A stretch of 64,000 bases of DNA. Source: Chitinivibrionales bacterium. Lineage in GTDB: Bacteria; Fibrobacterota; Chitinivibrionia; Chitinivibrionales; WJKA01. This document shows, piece by piece, positions 29,618 to 39,970 of the stretch. The stretch spans positions 1-64,000 of the forward strand of contig JBBRUX010000012.1 of the NCBI GenBank assembly GCA_038247415.1, written 5' to 3'. Every line of letters begins with the position of its first letter. Position 1 is the first letter of the stretch. A model generated the notes under the pieces. It had not been told where the DNA came from. It did not search any database and saw only the letters and a list, made by a program, of their open reading frames with translations. A program made the translations under genes and the position numbers.

Positions 29618-30598
29618 TCATTGTGAAGATTGCCGTGCGAATGAAGCGGCACCAAGAGATACCGCATCGTCTCCAAGAGAGGCGAGGGCTATGGTGTATT
29701 GCTGTTTATAGGCACCTAAAACATACTTTTCGACAGTGTCTGAAATCTCTTTTTTGTAAAGAATTGGCATCGCTTCAACAAGTCCGCCTCCAAGTATAAT
29801 TACATCGGGAGCTAAAACATTTACCATGCTCGCAAGAGCTTTGCCTACCCATTGTGCTGAGGTTCTAACAATGTTTTCGATAATTATATCTCCGCCTGCA
29901 ATCGATTCTGCAAGCGTCCCACTTCTGACAGCTGCGATATCTGTTCCTGCAAGTTGAGCAAGTTTTGGGGCTTCTCCGCGGGCGATTGCTATAACTGCAG
30001 CAGCAGCAATAGCCATGCGACCAGAAAGTGCTTCGAGGCAGCCACGTTGGCCGCATCCGCACAGCGGTCCCTCGGGAACCATTATCATGTGTCCAATTTC
30101 CATACACGAGCGGAGTGTTCCGCTAAAAATTGTTCCATTAAAAACGCAGCCGCCGCCAATGCCTGTTCCCGGAAAAATTCCAAGAGCACAGCGTGCATTT
30201 TTTGCTGCACCCAGTTGATATTCACCAAAAATGCCTGCGTCAACATCGTTGATTACCCACACAGGGCAGTTAAATCGTTTTGAGACAATTGCCGATAAGC
30301 TTACCTTTTCCCAGCCCAAATTGGGGGCAGAAAGGATAATTCCTTTACGGAGGTCGAGCATGCCCGGCGCCCCTATACCAATGCCGCCTAATTGCGCAGG
30401 GGTGATACTAGCTTCTGTCAATGCTTCAAAAATAAGATCGATAAGGCGATCGATTGTTGCGGCAACACCCTCGGCTGCTTTTGTTTTCTTCTTGAGGCGT
30501 GTAATAATTTTGAGTGAATCATCCATGACCGCCGCGAGCATTTTGGTTCCGCCAAGGTCAAATCCCACCCAAAATTTTTTGCTTTGATCAGAAGCCAT
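29618..30598 (-). CDS. ROK family sugar kinase (glucokinase-like)
   Basis: DLGGTK, NDVDA, GTGIGGG, EIGH, CGCGQRGCLE. Confidence 0.93.
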   Translation of the reverse strand: MASDQSKKFWVGFDLGGTKMLAAVMDDSLKIITRLKKKTKAAEGVAATIDRLIDLIFEALTEASITPAQLGGIGIGAPGMLDLRKGIILSAPNLGWEKVSLSAIVSKRFNCPVWVINDVDAGIFGEYQLGAAKNARCALGIFPGTGIGGGCVFNGTIFSGTLRSCMEIGHMIMVPEGPLCGCGQRGCLEALSGRMAIAAAAVIAIARGEAPKLAQLAGTDIAAVRSGTLAESIAGGDIIIENIVRTSAQWVGKALASMVNVLAPDVIILGGGLVEAMPILYKKEISDTVEKYVLGAYKQQYTIALASLGDDAVSLGAASFARQSSQ

Positions 30599-30690
30599 GT
30601 GATATCCTCAAATCTAAGTATAAATTAGTTATGTTAACGAATTGTTAGTGTAAGAGTGCACTACGTTTCATGGGTAGTTTTAGATACACT

Positions 30691-32055
30691 TTAATTTTTA
30701 AAAAATTCCTGGTAGAGAGCATTGACAGCTGCGTGCTCGTTATTTGCATCGATGCCAAAAATAATGCTTATTTCCGAGCTTCCCTGGTTAGCAATTTTTA
30801 TATTGACGCCTGCTCGGCTTAAAGATGCTGCAGCGGTTGCAAGAACGCCAACTTTATGTAAGAGGCCTTCCCCAACCACTGCTACCAAAGCTATGCCGAA
30901 TTCTGTTCTAATTTTGTCGGGGTTTAGTTCGGTTTCTATGTCTCTGACAATTGCATTTATAGTTTCGGGGGTAAGCTGACTTTGGTCAAGTATTACCGAA
31001 ATGTTGTCGACGCCAGAGGGGCAGTGCTCATAAGAAATGCCTCGATTTTCAAAAATGCCCAGAAGTCGTCGACCAAAACCTTTTTCGCGGTTCATGAGAA
31101 ATTTCTCAAGAGTAAAACTGCAATAGCCACTTTTGCTTGCAATCCCGATTACATCCCGCTCGCTGGGGAGTCTTTGCGCTACAATGAGCGTCCCGTTATT
31201 ATCGAGATTGTTGGTATTGCGAAGCCTAATGGGAATTTTTTTGCTCATTGTCGGGATAACAGCTTCTTCATGAAAAACATTAAACCCGATGTAGGAGAGC
31301 TCCCGCATTTCCTTATAGGTTAGCGCTTCTATTTGAATGGGGTTCTCAACAATTTTTGGATTTGTGCAAAAAATACCATTGACATCAGTCCAGTTTTCGT
31401 ATTCGGAAGCATCGGTAGCTTGCGCACAAATGGCTCCGGTAAGATCTGATCCTCCGCGACTAAATGTTGCAATTTCGCCGTTTTCGGTGATGCCAAAAAA
31501 ACCAGGAAAGATGACTACCGATTTCTCACACAGTGTTTTGAGAATGCCCATCTTTTCGATTGCAAGGGGTGTTGGTTGAGCGTTACCAAAATCTTCTGTT
31601 ACAATAAGCCCGGCTTGGGCAGGGGAGACATAGATCGCATTAATTGAGCGTGTTTTGAGATATTCGGCAAATAGCTGCGCGTTGTAATCTTCTCCGGCGG
31701 CAACAATAAGGTCTCGCTGCCGAGAAGAATCTTTTGTGGGTGTACTAACGCGAGTATCTATATCATCAATAATCTTTTGAATGGTGTCGACAGGTACATC
31801 AAGCGCAGTATATAAATCGAGAAAACGCTTTTTAAGATCTGCAATTTCACGAGCGCAGGGTTGATTAGTAGAAACTTTATTAAAAATTGCTATCAGAAGG
31901 TCGGTAACTTTTATCGTGATGCCAGGGCCTTTTCCCGGGGCAGAAACGACAATGAGTCTTCGCTGCGAATTAAGCGTAATGATTTTTTCGACTTGCTTAA
32001 GGTTTGTTGGGGTTGCAACAGACGTGCCTCCAAATTTTGAGACGACAATACTCAT
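30691..32055 (-). CDS. lysC: Aspartate kinase
   Basis: VSKFGGTSVA, VVSAPGK, FSRGGSDLTGA, ACT domains; ATG 32055. Confidence 0.93.
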   Translation of the reverse strand: MSIVVSKFGGTSVATPTNLKQVEKIITLNSQRRLIVVSAPGKGPGITIKVTDLLIAIFNKVSTNQPCAREIADLKKRFLDLYTALDVPVDTIQKIIDDIDTRVSTPTKDSSRQRDLIVAAGEDYNAQLFAEYLKTRSINAIYVSPAQAGLIVTEDFGNAQPTPLAIEKMGILKTLCEKSVVIFPGFFGITENGEIATFSRGGSDLTGAICAQATDASEYENWTDVNGIFCTNPKIVENPIQIEALTYKEMRELSYIGFNVFHEEAVIPTMSKKIPIRLRNTNNLDNNGTLIVAQRLPSERDVIGIASKSGYCSFTLEKFLMNREKGFGRRLLGIFENRGISYEHCPSGVDNISVILDQSQLTPETINAIVRDIETELNPDKIRTEFGIALVAVVGEGLLHKVGVLATAAASLSRAGVNIKIANQGSSEISIIFGIDANNEHAAVNALYQEFFKN

Positions 32056-32260
32056 GAAAAATCTGCTCCTGTGTTCACTGAATAAAAAACTCAATACCGT
32101 TGTAAAAATACTATTTGGACTCTTCTCGGGCATAGAAATTGGTTGAAATCGGTACGCTGATTGACTTGAGTAGAGAGAAAACGTATTTTTTACGTGCAGC
32201 TATTGCGAGGCATCTGCTCTGAGCTACCGATTTAAACTTTTCTAATGGTTTTGGACTCCC

Positions 32261-33121
32261 ATGATTGACCCACATTTAGACCCTCCCCCTCGTCCGAGCG
32301 AAGACTTTTCTATTAAGCAGTATTTTAGAGAGATTTCGCGCTTTAAAGTGCTTTCGGCCGAAGAAGAGTCTAGCTTGGCTCTTCGAATTCGAAAGGGCGA
32401 CCAGGATGCTCTCGATCAACTGGTTAGGGCAAATTTGCGTTTTGTTGTAAGTGTTTCCCGAAATTATCAGAACCAAGGGTTGCCTCTGGGCGATCTTATT
32501 AATGAGGGTAATCTTGGATTGCTTCGCGCTGCAAAACGGTTTGATGCGTCTCGCAATTTCAAATTTATTTCATACGCAGTATGGTGGATCCGTCAAGCAA
32601 TACTCTGCGCTCTGGCCGACCAATCTCGTATTGTCAAACTGCCACTTAATCGGGTTGGCACTATTCATTCGGTTCGCAAAACAGCAGGGGTGCTCGAACA
32701 GCAAAAAAGAAGAGCCCCATCACTCGAAGAAATCGCACGGGAATTAGATATTGGGGTTGTAGAAGTACACGAGAGCATCAATCTTGGGATTCATTCTATT
32801 TCTCTTGACAGTCCGTCAAGGGGTGATGCCGATGCAACGATGGGCGATTCGATCGGATATAACGATCAAGAGTCTGCGCATGAGAGTATGCATGCGCTCT
32901 TTTTATCAAAAGAAATTACCAGAGCCTTGGATTCTCTATCAGAGCGGGAGCGGGAAGTTATAATACTCTTTTTTGGAATTGGCCAGAGCACCGCACATAC
33001 ACTCGAAGAAATTGCATCCCGATTTTCGATTTCGAGAGAGAGGGTTCGTCAAGTGAAAGAGAGGGCTATTGAGAGGCTACGACATTTGTCGAGAAGTAAA
33101 CGATTAAAAGGTGCCCTTTAA
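32261..33121 (+). CDS. RNA polymerase sigma70 factor, RpoD/SigA family lacking region 1.1
   Basis: ANLRFVVSV, DLINEGNLGL, FKFISYAVWWIRQAI, TLEEIA..F..SRERVRQ. Confidence 0.93.
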   Translation: MIDPHLDPPPRPSEDFSIKQYFREISRFKVLSAEEESSLALRIRKGDQDALDQLVRANLRFVVSVSRNYQNQGLPLGDLINEGNLGLLRAAKRFDASRNFKFISYAVWWIRQAILCALADQSRIVKLPLNRVGTIHSVRKTAGVLEQQKRRAPSLEEIARELDIGVVEVHESINLGIHSISLDSPSRGDADATMGDSIGYNDQESAHESMHALFLSKEITRALDSLSEREREVIILFFGIGQSTAHTLEEIASRFSISRERVRQVKERAIERLRHLSRSKRLKGAL

Positions 33122-33126
33122 TAAAA

Positions 33127-33160
33127 AAGGCGAAGAACCTTTATTGGAGATCTTCGCCTT
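33127..33160. terminator. Bidirectional intrinsic terminator
   Basis: AAGGCGAAGA...TCTTCGCCTT flanked by A and T runs between convergent genes. Confidence 0.75.
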
Positions 33161-33181
33161 GAATTTTTTTTAAAAGAATCC

Positions 33182-33496
33182 CTATGTATTCTTCAAACCA
33201 AAATCTACCATGAGTTTATCAGCTAATTTGTCGGCAAATTCTGCAGAATTATAATAACCCTTTTGAATTTTTTCTTTGACCTCTGCAACCTTCTCGAGTC
33301 GAACATCTGGCTGATTTTGAATGTGCAGTGACACGGTAGCCATTTCAGCTTTTGTGTTGCTCAGCCTTTGCGCGCCCTCCGAAAATTCGGAACGATCGAT
33401 GGAACGCGTTTTGACTGGCTTCTCAGTTGTTTTGCGCACGTTGTCGCTTTTACGCAATTCTGCGCTAAAGGCTTCGTTAACCGAGTGTATACGCAT
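33182..33496 (-). CDS. flgM: Anti-sigma28 factor FlgM
   Basis: 'DRSEFS', 'PDVRLEKVAEVKEKIQKGYY...ADKL'; sigma28 promoter upstream. Confidence 0.9.
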   Translation of the reverse strand: MRIHSVNEAFSAELRKSDNVRKTTEKPVKTRSIDRSEFSEGAQRLSNTKAEMATVSLHIQNQPDVRLEKVAEVKEKIQKGYYNSAEFADKLADKLMVDFGLKNT

Positions 33497-33545
33497 TTCT
33501 CATCACCACCTTCCAGGCTTTCGCCTATAAATACTCCTATTATGT

Positions 33546-33572
33546 TTATCGGCCCTTTTGGGGGAAACTTTA
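33546..33572 (-). promoter_or_regulatory. Consensus sigma28 promoter of flgM
   Basis: Minus strand TAAA-N15-GCCGATAA (TAAAGTTTCCCCCAAAAGGGCCGATAA). Confidence 0.88.
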
Positions 33573-33696
33573 GGCCTAAATCGATAAATAGTTGTAGATT
33601 CGTTATTAAAGCTCAAATAACACAATATATCAATAACTTACATCGTTTGCCAATAACAGACAATACTATTATTCTAGCGTAATATAAAACTTTTTG

Positions 33697-34893
33697 CTAT
33701 TGAATATTTCCAATCAGATCAAACATTGGCATATACATGGCAATGAGAAGCCCTCCTATTATAACACCCATGAAAACGATCATGATTGGTTCTAATATCG
33801 AAGTAAGTGCTTCGACTGCAGCATCCACTTCTTCGGAATAGAATTGAGCTATTTTTGCAAGCATGCCAGCAAGATCTCCTGTTTTTTCACCAACGGAGAT
33901 CATATGAATAACCATTGGTGGGAATACGCCGGTTTCTTTGAGAGGCTCGGCAATTGTCATACCGCCTGAAATTTTCTCTTGCGTTCGCACTAATCCTCTT
34001 TCCAAAACTTTATTGCCAGAAGTTTTGCTGGTGATAGCGAGCGCATCAAGAATGGTAACGCCACTAGAAAGGAGTGTCGAGAGTGTCTGGGAGAATCGAC
34101 TAATGGCGCTTTTCCTCTGGAGTCCACCAAGAATAGGAATGTTGAGTAAGAGCGCATCAAGATTGTATTCTCCTTTTTCGGTGCCTCGATACATAGTGAA
34201 TGCCACAGCTGCTCCAATTGCACCGGCAATCAAAAAGTAATAATAATTCCGCAAGAAATTAGAAAGATCGACAACAAATTGTGTCGGGGCAGGTAATTTG
34301 CTGCCTAAACTCGAAAACATTGCAGAAAATGTTGGAACAACAAACGCAAGCATGACAATAACAACGCCAATTGCAATAATGCCCAGGATCAAGGGGTAGG
34401 TCATAGCCCCTTTGATTTTGCGTTGGATAGCCGCAGATTTTTCTTGATAGTCTGCGAGCCGGATTAAAATTGTGTCTAAATTTCCAGAGGCTTCACCGGC
34501 AGAAACCATGCTGCAATAGAGTGTATTAAAAACAGCAGGAAATTTCGAAAGCGCATCGGCAAGACTTGCACCACCTTGAATATCGTTACTTGTTGCGCCA
34601 ATCGCTTTGGCAAGTGTTTTATTTTCTGTTTGGCTTGACAAGATATCAAGGCATTGTACGAGCGGTAGACCCGCAGAAGTCATGGCAGCAAATTGGCGTG
34701 TAAATCGGCTTAAATCATTAAGAGAAACGGTGCTAAAGGTAAAACCAAAACCCATAGGTTTACCCTTGACAGAAATTACCTTGATCTTTTTTTTGCGTAA
34801 AAGGGTGATAACTTCATTTTTCCCTGGTGCGTCAATCTCCCCTTTAATCTGCTTGCCATTGGCACCAACACCAGTATACAAAAATTTGGGCAT
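33697..34893 (-). CDS. pilC: Type IV pilus platform protein PilC (GspF family)
   Basis: FTRQFAAM..AGLPL, GEASGNLD, GEKTGDL, MYMPMF. Confidence 0.95.
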   Translation of the reverse strand: MPKFLYTGVGANGKQIKGEIDAPGKNEVITLLRKKKIKVISVKGKPMGFGFTFSTVSLNDLSRFTRQFAAMTSAGLPLVQCLDILSSQTENKTLAKAIGATSNDIQGGASLADALSKFPAVFNTLYCSMVSAGEASGNLDTILIRLADYQEKSAAIQRKIKGAMTYPLILGIIAIGVVIVMLAFVVPTFSAMFSSLGSKLPAPTQFVVDLSNFLRNYYYFLIAGAIGAAVAFTMYRGTEKGEYNLDALLLNIPILGGLQRKSAISRFSQTLSTLLSSGVTILDALAITSKTSGNKVLERGLVRTQEKISGGMTIAEPLKETGVFPPMVIHMISVGEKTGDLAGMLAKIAQFYSEEVDAAVEALTSILEPIMIVFMGVIIGGLLIAMYMPMFDLIGNIQ

Positions 34894-34909
34894 GATAAAC
34901 TCCAGAATA

Positions 34910-35974
34910 TTAAGTAGGGCTATTTCCTATAAGTTTCTGCAGACCGGCAGGGTCGGGACTTTTTCCTACCGCATCTTTCATGGAAATAAGTCGCTTTTGA
35001 TAAAGTTTTGCTAACGATGCGTTCATTGTTTGCATGCCAAATTGTTGTCCAATTTCCATCATACCTTGAATCTGATGGGCCTTGTCATCGCGGATAAGGG
35101 CCCGAACAGCAGGCGTTGCGATAAGAATTTCGCACGCAAGAATTCGGCCTCCACCAATGAGGGGGACCAGCGCCTGGCTTATAATGCCTTCTAAAACCAT
35201 CGAGAGTTGCGCTCTGACGGTGGCTTTCATTTCGGCGGGGAATACGTCTATTATTCGATTGACTGTTTGGGCGGCCGAATTGGTATGCAATGTTCCAAAT
35301 GTTAAGTGGCCTGTCTCGGCAATGGTAAGTGCAGCCTGTATTGTTTCCAAGTCTCGCATTTCGCCAATAAGAACGTAGTCTGGGTCTTGACGAAGTGCTA
35401 CTCTTAAAGCGCTTGCGAAACTTTCGGTGTCTTGCCGTACTTCGCGCTGATTAACAATGCATTTTTTGTGATGATGAACAAATTCAATAGGGTCTTCTAC
35501 GGTAAGAATGTGCCCTTCTTTTTCGGTGTTGAGTTTATCGATCATCGCTGCCAAGGTAGTGCTTTTGCCGCTGCCGGTTGGACCCGTTATAAGAACCAGC
35601 CCGTTGGGTTTTTCGATAAGTTGAGAGGCGTTGCTTGGGACACCCAATGATTCTAGCGATCGAAGCTTATACGGTATCTGTCGAATTGCAGCACTGGTAC
35701 ATCCCCGCTGCAAGAATACGTTGGCTCTGAATCGCGAAAGATTTTGAACACCAAATGAGAAATCTACTTCCTTTTTTTGCTCGAATTGCTTTTTTTGAAG
35801 CTCATTCATAACGCTATAGGCAAGTTTGAGCACTTGATCTGGTGTCAATTTTTCGGAATTGATAGGTGATAATTTACCATCAATACGAAAGAGCGGAGCC
35901 GACCCCGCTGTAAGATGAAGATCTGATGCATTAAGGTCTAGCATCTGGTGGAGGAGTTCTTGAATAGAAACCAT
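34910..35974 (-). CDS. pilT: Type IV pilus retraction ATPase PilT
   Basis: ASDLHL, TGPTGSGKSTT, EDPIE, ALRQDPD, AETGHL, ALIRD. Confidence 0.96.
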   Translation of the reverse strand: MVSIQELLHQMLDLNASDLHLTAGSAPLFRIDGKLSPINSEKLTPDQVLKLAYSVMNELQKKQFEQKKEVDFSFGVQNLSRFRANVFLQRGCTSAAIRQIPYKLRSLESLGVPSNASQLIEKPNGLVLITGPTGSGKSTTLAAMIDKLNTEKEGHILTVEDPIEFVHHHKKCIVNQREVRQDTESFASALRVALRQDPDYVLIGEMRDLETIQAALTIAETGHLTFGTLHTNSAAQTVNRIIDVFPAEMKATVRAQLSMVLEGIISQALVPLIGGGRILACEILIATPAVRALIRDDKAHQIQGMMEIGQQFGMQTMNASLAKLYQKRLISMKDAVGKSPDPAGLQKLIGNSPT

Positions 35975-36027
35975 GGGTATCCTTTTATGTGGTGGATCAG
36001 TGCTGGTGTGCGCGAATCTGCCTCTAT

Positions 36028-37086
36028 TTACAAAGTTTCGTGATATTTAATGTAATAATCCCATTGTACAGTTTTGCCGGGGGGCACGACAAGAGGAACA
36101 AACGGTTCAGGACAAATTGCTGTTCGCGACCAGAGGTCAAATTTTGCAAGTGTCCCAGATGCGCCTATAGTTACTGCACCTTTAGTGCGAGAATTAATAA
36201 CCGTCGCATAGTTTTTGGGATCCTTAACGACGGGCGATCCAAAGGGAAGACCAGAAGCGTTGCCACCAAATTTTCTTAGAAATAGGACAGTATCCCCGGA
36301 TAGTGCGTTAAGATCACCACAGGCTTTTTTCAATTCTTCGGTAATCGTGGGAGTAAATCCAAGGAGCACCCGATATATAGGACCAATTGAATCATCGTCG
36401 ATAATGGTAATGTTATGGCTAAATTGTTCCGACTTAAGGGTGTCGGTAGAGGTGTTTTTGAGCTCGTGGTGAATGGTTATGGAATTATTGATAAGGGTTA
36501 TTTTTTTGCTATAGTTGTAAGAAACATGCCCTTTGCATACAGGAATACTTTGCTTAAAAACAATGGCCGTTGAGCACGCCAAAATAGCCCACGGCGGTTG
36601 CAGGGCAAAGGTATAGGGGGTATTGAAAAAATAGTTTTTGTGCTCAGATTTTTTAATGAGTTTGCCAACCCCAATTTTAGTGAATGCACTATCTACAGGT
36701 GTTTTATCAAACTCTTGAGCATTACCGATATCAAATTCTTCTGCAGGACCAATGGCATGCTCAGGATTTTCTGCATTATGGGGCCAAAAATCCCAATGTC
36801 GATAAAATGTGTGATTCTTGTAGGTGACGCGTCCTATCATGCCCGACCAGTCAAACCGGCTGCCACGATAAAACCCATTTTTTGCTTGGGGGAGGTAGAT
36901 AACTACTTTGAGGGAATCGTTGCGCAATACAATTGATGGAGCTAATGCTGTGTCAGAAACGGAAACAGTTTTCCACGCTGAGGTCTCGCTGTTTTTTGTA
37001 GATTGCGCAGCTTCAGTCCTCTTTAAACAAACCATCGTCGCAAGCAATGCTATTAAAATCAGTTTGTTTGAGTATAATCGCTTCAT
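36028..37086 (-). CDS. Exported galactose-mutarotase-like hypothetical protein
   Basis: Signal peptide; 'GFYRGSRFDWSG', 'GPAEEF', 'HN', 'ICPEPF'. Confidence 0.6.
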   Translation of the reverse strand: MKRLYSNKLILIALLATMVCLKRTEAAQSTKNSETSAWKTVSVSDTALAPSIVLRNDSLKVVIYLPQAKNGFYRGSRFDWSGMIGRVTYKNHTFYRHWDFWPHNAENPEHAIGPAEEFDIGNAQEFDKTPVDSAFTKIGVGKLIKKSEHKNYFFNTPYTFALQPPWAILACSTAIVFKQSIPVCKGHVSYNYSKKITLINNSITIHHELKNTSTDTLKSEQFSHNITIIDDDSIGPIYRVLLGFTPTITEELKKACGDLNALSGDTVLFLRKFGGNASGLPFGSPVVKDPKNYATVINSRTKGAVTIGASGTLAKFDLWSRTAICPEPFVPLVVPPGKTVQWDYYIKYHETL

Positions 37087-37295
37087 GGCCGCCCTTTTAA
37101 AAATGTCATAAAATGTCAATACGTACACTGTTGGATTGGCTATCTTATCTACTATATATTTGAAAATACTTGTATTGGAAGGATGTGGGCAACTTAATAG
37201 AGCAAATCGTAGCGATTGCTAAGAATTGTGCCGTATCGATCATTGCCTAAAAAAGCCTGCTGAGGAACATGTCCGTGTTATATTTTGCATGCACT

Positions 37296-38630
37296 ATGAA
37301 CAAACCGTTCCAATTCCCCCCGACAGATGAAATGGTACTTTCTAATGGGGTTCGTTTTATCGTAATTCCCGTTGCTCAGGAAGGCCTTTCGATAGCAGTT
37401 TCATTGGGCAGAGGTCGATATGCGGATCCTCTTACGCTCGAAGGATGTGCTACCCTCACTGCCTCCATGCTTTTAAAAGGCTCGCAGGCTATGTCTCGCG
37501 ATGCATTTTCTCACTTTTTTGAAGAGCGAGGGGCATCTTTATTCGCAGACGTTACCGATGAACGGATGGTCATTGGTTGTCGCATGCTCTCCCGATTCTC
37601 TGGCGATCTCCTCGATCGATTTTGCGAAATGCTCTCAGAGCCGGCATTCGATGCGGAGGAACTCGCGCGCATGAAAAAAGAGTGCATAAGTGCGCTTGCC
37701 TCCGAATCAACAGATCCTTCTACGCTTGTCCACCATTGTTTTGCTCAGCAAATGTTCCCGTCTACCCATCCTGCCGGACGAATCAGTACTGCTCAATCCA
37801 TTAAAAGAATTACCCGGGATTCTCTTGTTGATTTTTATAGAAAAGCGTATACGGGAAATCAGGCTATCGTGGTACTTGCAGGAGATAGTGGGAATCTATC
37901 GATTCAAAAGATACGAGAACGATTTGAGTCGATTCCAGCCGATACCTTAGGCGCAAACAAAGAAAATTTTACACTAACAGCAACGCTCAGTAAAATTGCA
38001 ACCTATGTTGTTGACAAGAGAGATCTTACACAGACAACTATTCTGGCTGGATATGCCATGCCAGGCGAGTATTCGCCCGACAGACTTGCGTTGTCGATTG
38101 CGAATTATATCTTTGGTGGTGGAAATTTTTCATCCCGGCTTATGGAGCGCATTCGAAGTAAAGAAGGGTCTACGTATGGGGTTTCTTCACAACTGGTAAC
38201 GAATGCTTGGTTTGGAATTTTTACCATGAGCACAACTACGCAAACATCCCGTACCAAAGCTATGATCGAAGCCCTCGTAGAGGAACATGCCCGTTTTGTT
38301 GATAAGGGAATTACTTCGGAAGAACTCCTGTTTGCACAAAAATATGCTGCTGGTAGCATGGCTTTTGAGCTTGAAGGCCTGAGCAGCATTTCTGAAAAGA
38401 TATTGTATCTGCGCACCTATGGACGAACAAATGAGTATATCGAGAAGTTTTGTGACTTGGTATATTCATTGACTTGCGATCAGGTTAATGATGCACTTTT
38501 TCGGCACCATAAAGATAAGCATCTCACCATTGTGGCAGTGGGCAACAGCCAGCTTTTTAGCAATGAGTTATCGCAATTTAATGTCCAATGCGTTATTCCG
38601 TTTAGAAAAATAGCAACTGTCAATGCGTAA
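37296..38630 (+). CDS. M16 (pitrilysin) family protein, non-catalytic type
   Basis: LSNGVR, ANYIFGGGNFSSRLMERIR..EG.TYG; HXXEH replaced by TLTAS. Confidence 0.85.
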   Translation: MNKPFQFPPTDEMVLSNGVRFIVIPVAQEGLSIAVSLGRGRYADPLTLEGCATLTASMLLKGSQAMSRDAFSHFFEERGASLFADVTDERMVIGCRMLSRFSGDLLDRFCEMLSEPAFDAEELARMKKECISALASESTDPSTLVHHCFAQQMFPSTHPAGRISTAQSIKRITRDSLVDFYRKAYTGNQAIVVLAGDSGNLSIQKIRERFESIPADTLGANKENFTLTATLSKIATYVVDKRDLTQTTILAGYAMPGEYSPDRLALSIANYIFGGGNFSSRLMERIRSKEGSTYGVSSQLVTNAWFGIFTMSTTTQTSRTKAMIEALVEEHARFVDKGITSEELLFAQKYAAGSMAFELEGLSSISEKILYLRTYGRTNEYIEKFCDLVYSLTCDQVNDALFRHHKDKHLTIVAVGNSQLFSNELSQFNVQCVIPFRKIATVNA

Positions 38631-38691
38631 ACGGTATTGAGCAAAAATAGCGTTGGGTAAAGCAATGCATATTTCACCTTGAAGGTGCTTT

Positions 38692-39192
38692 ATGGAACGA
38701 GTATATGTTTCACTTGGAACAAATATGGGAGATCGTGAAGCAACTATTGCATCAATGGAAAAAAGAGTTTTTGAGTTGCTCGTTGGGGAAATCAAATCCT
38801 CATTACTCATGGAAACACAGCCGGTGGATGTTCTGGAAGTTCAACAGTGGTATCTTAATAAAATCATATCTGGTTATTATCGGGGGAATGCGCACGAGCT
38901 TTTGACACAATGTCAGGAAATAGAAACAATACTGGGGAGAACTAGGATTGGGTATCATGCAAGCAGAACAGCAGACATCGACATCGTACTTTTTGGCAAG
39001 CTTGTTATTACTACTGCTTCGCTTACGATTCCGCATCCAGCAATTGCACAGCGTCGATATTTGATAGAGGGTATCTGTCAGATCGATGCGTGTGCCCCTA
39101 TTGCGGGTTTGGGTAGTGCGGCAAAGGTGCGTGCAACACTTTCTCCGGGTGTAGCAGAACAAAAAGTAATATTTACAGAGCGCGGCAGTTAA
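38692..39192 (+). CDS. folK: 6-hydroxymethyl-7,8-dihydropterin pyrophosphokinase
   Basis: YVSLGTNMGDR, ET.P, IE..LGR.R, RTADIDI, LTIPHP. Confidence 0.93.
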   Translation: MERVYVSLGTNMGDREATIASMEKRVFELLVGEIKSSLLMETQPVDVLEVQQWYLNKIISGYYRGNAHELLTQCQEIETILGRTRIGYHASRTADIDIVLFGKLVITTASLTIPHPAIAQRRYLIEGICQIDACAPIAGLGSAAKVRATLSPGVAEQKVIFTERGS

Positions 39193-39234
39193 GAATTTGT
39201 ACTATACACGTTTTGGATGAGAGGGTATTCTATA

Positions 39235-39924
39235 ATGCACAAATGGCCATTTAATCATATTTGCATCGAAGGGGTTATAGGGGCAGGTAAGACATCTCTT
39301 TGTCAATTATTATCAGAGCAATGTGATGGCAAAGTTGTCCTGGAAAAGGTAGAAGAAAATCCTTTTTTGTCTCGATTTTATAAAAATCGATCTGCCTATG
39401 CTTTTCAGACGCAACTCTGGTTCCTTCTTGCCCGTTTTAAGCAGCTTTCCGAAGAACTTGTTCAGCAGGATCTTTTCCATAGTATGGTTTTTGCCGACTA
39501 TATGCTTGCAAAAGATCGGATTTTTGCGCAAATCAATCTGGATGAAAATGAGCTTATGCTTTACTCCGCCTTGGCGGAGGTGCTTGATAAAAAGGTACCG
39601 CGACCCGAATTGGTAATCTATTTGCAAGCTTCCACGGATGTTCTATTGCAGAGAATCGAAAAACGCGGAAGACCTTTTGAGTTTAATATGGATCGATCAT
39701 ATATCGAATCGCTGAATGAAGCTTATAATCATTTTTTCTTTCATTTTGAAGATTGCCCTTTACTTATCATTAATACTAACGAAATTGACTTTGTTGCTGC
39801 AACCGAAGACCTGGATACCATTATCGAACAAATTATGGCGATTCGCTCTGGGGTACAGTATTTTCAGCCACCAACTGCATTAGATCGCCAAAGATTTAAA
39901 GAACAAAAGCGGAATTCACTGTAG
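39235..39924 (+). CDS. Deoxynucleoside kinase
   Basis: IEGVIGAGKTSL, NPFL..FY, QLWFL..R, RIEKRGR. Confidence 0.92.
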   Translation: MHKWPFNHICIEGVIGAGKTSLCQLLSEQCDGKVVLEKVEENPFLSRFYKNRSAYAFQTQLWFLLARFKQLSEELVQQDLFHSMVFADYMLAKDRIFAQINLDENELMLYSALAEVLDKKVPRPELVIYLQASTDVLLQRIEKRGRPFEFNMDRSYIESLNEAYNHFFFHFEDCPLLIINTNEIDFVAATEDLDTIIEQIMAIRSGVQYFQPPTALDRQRFKEQKRNSL

Positions 39925-39970
39925 GCTTTTGCATACAGCAATAACCTACCTCTAACAAAGGCGAATAAGC

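Noticed and set aside
30612..30640. dif-like site (TTATGTTAAC)
   Set aside because: Spacer is 5 bp, the XerC arm is poor, and it lies near a candidate origin rather than a terminus
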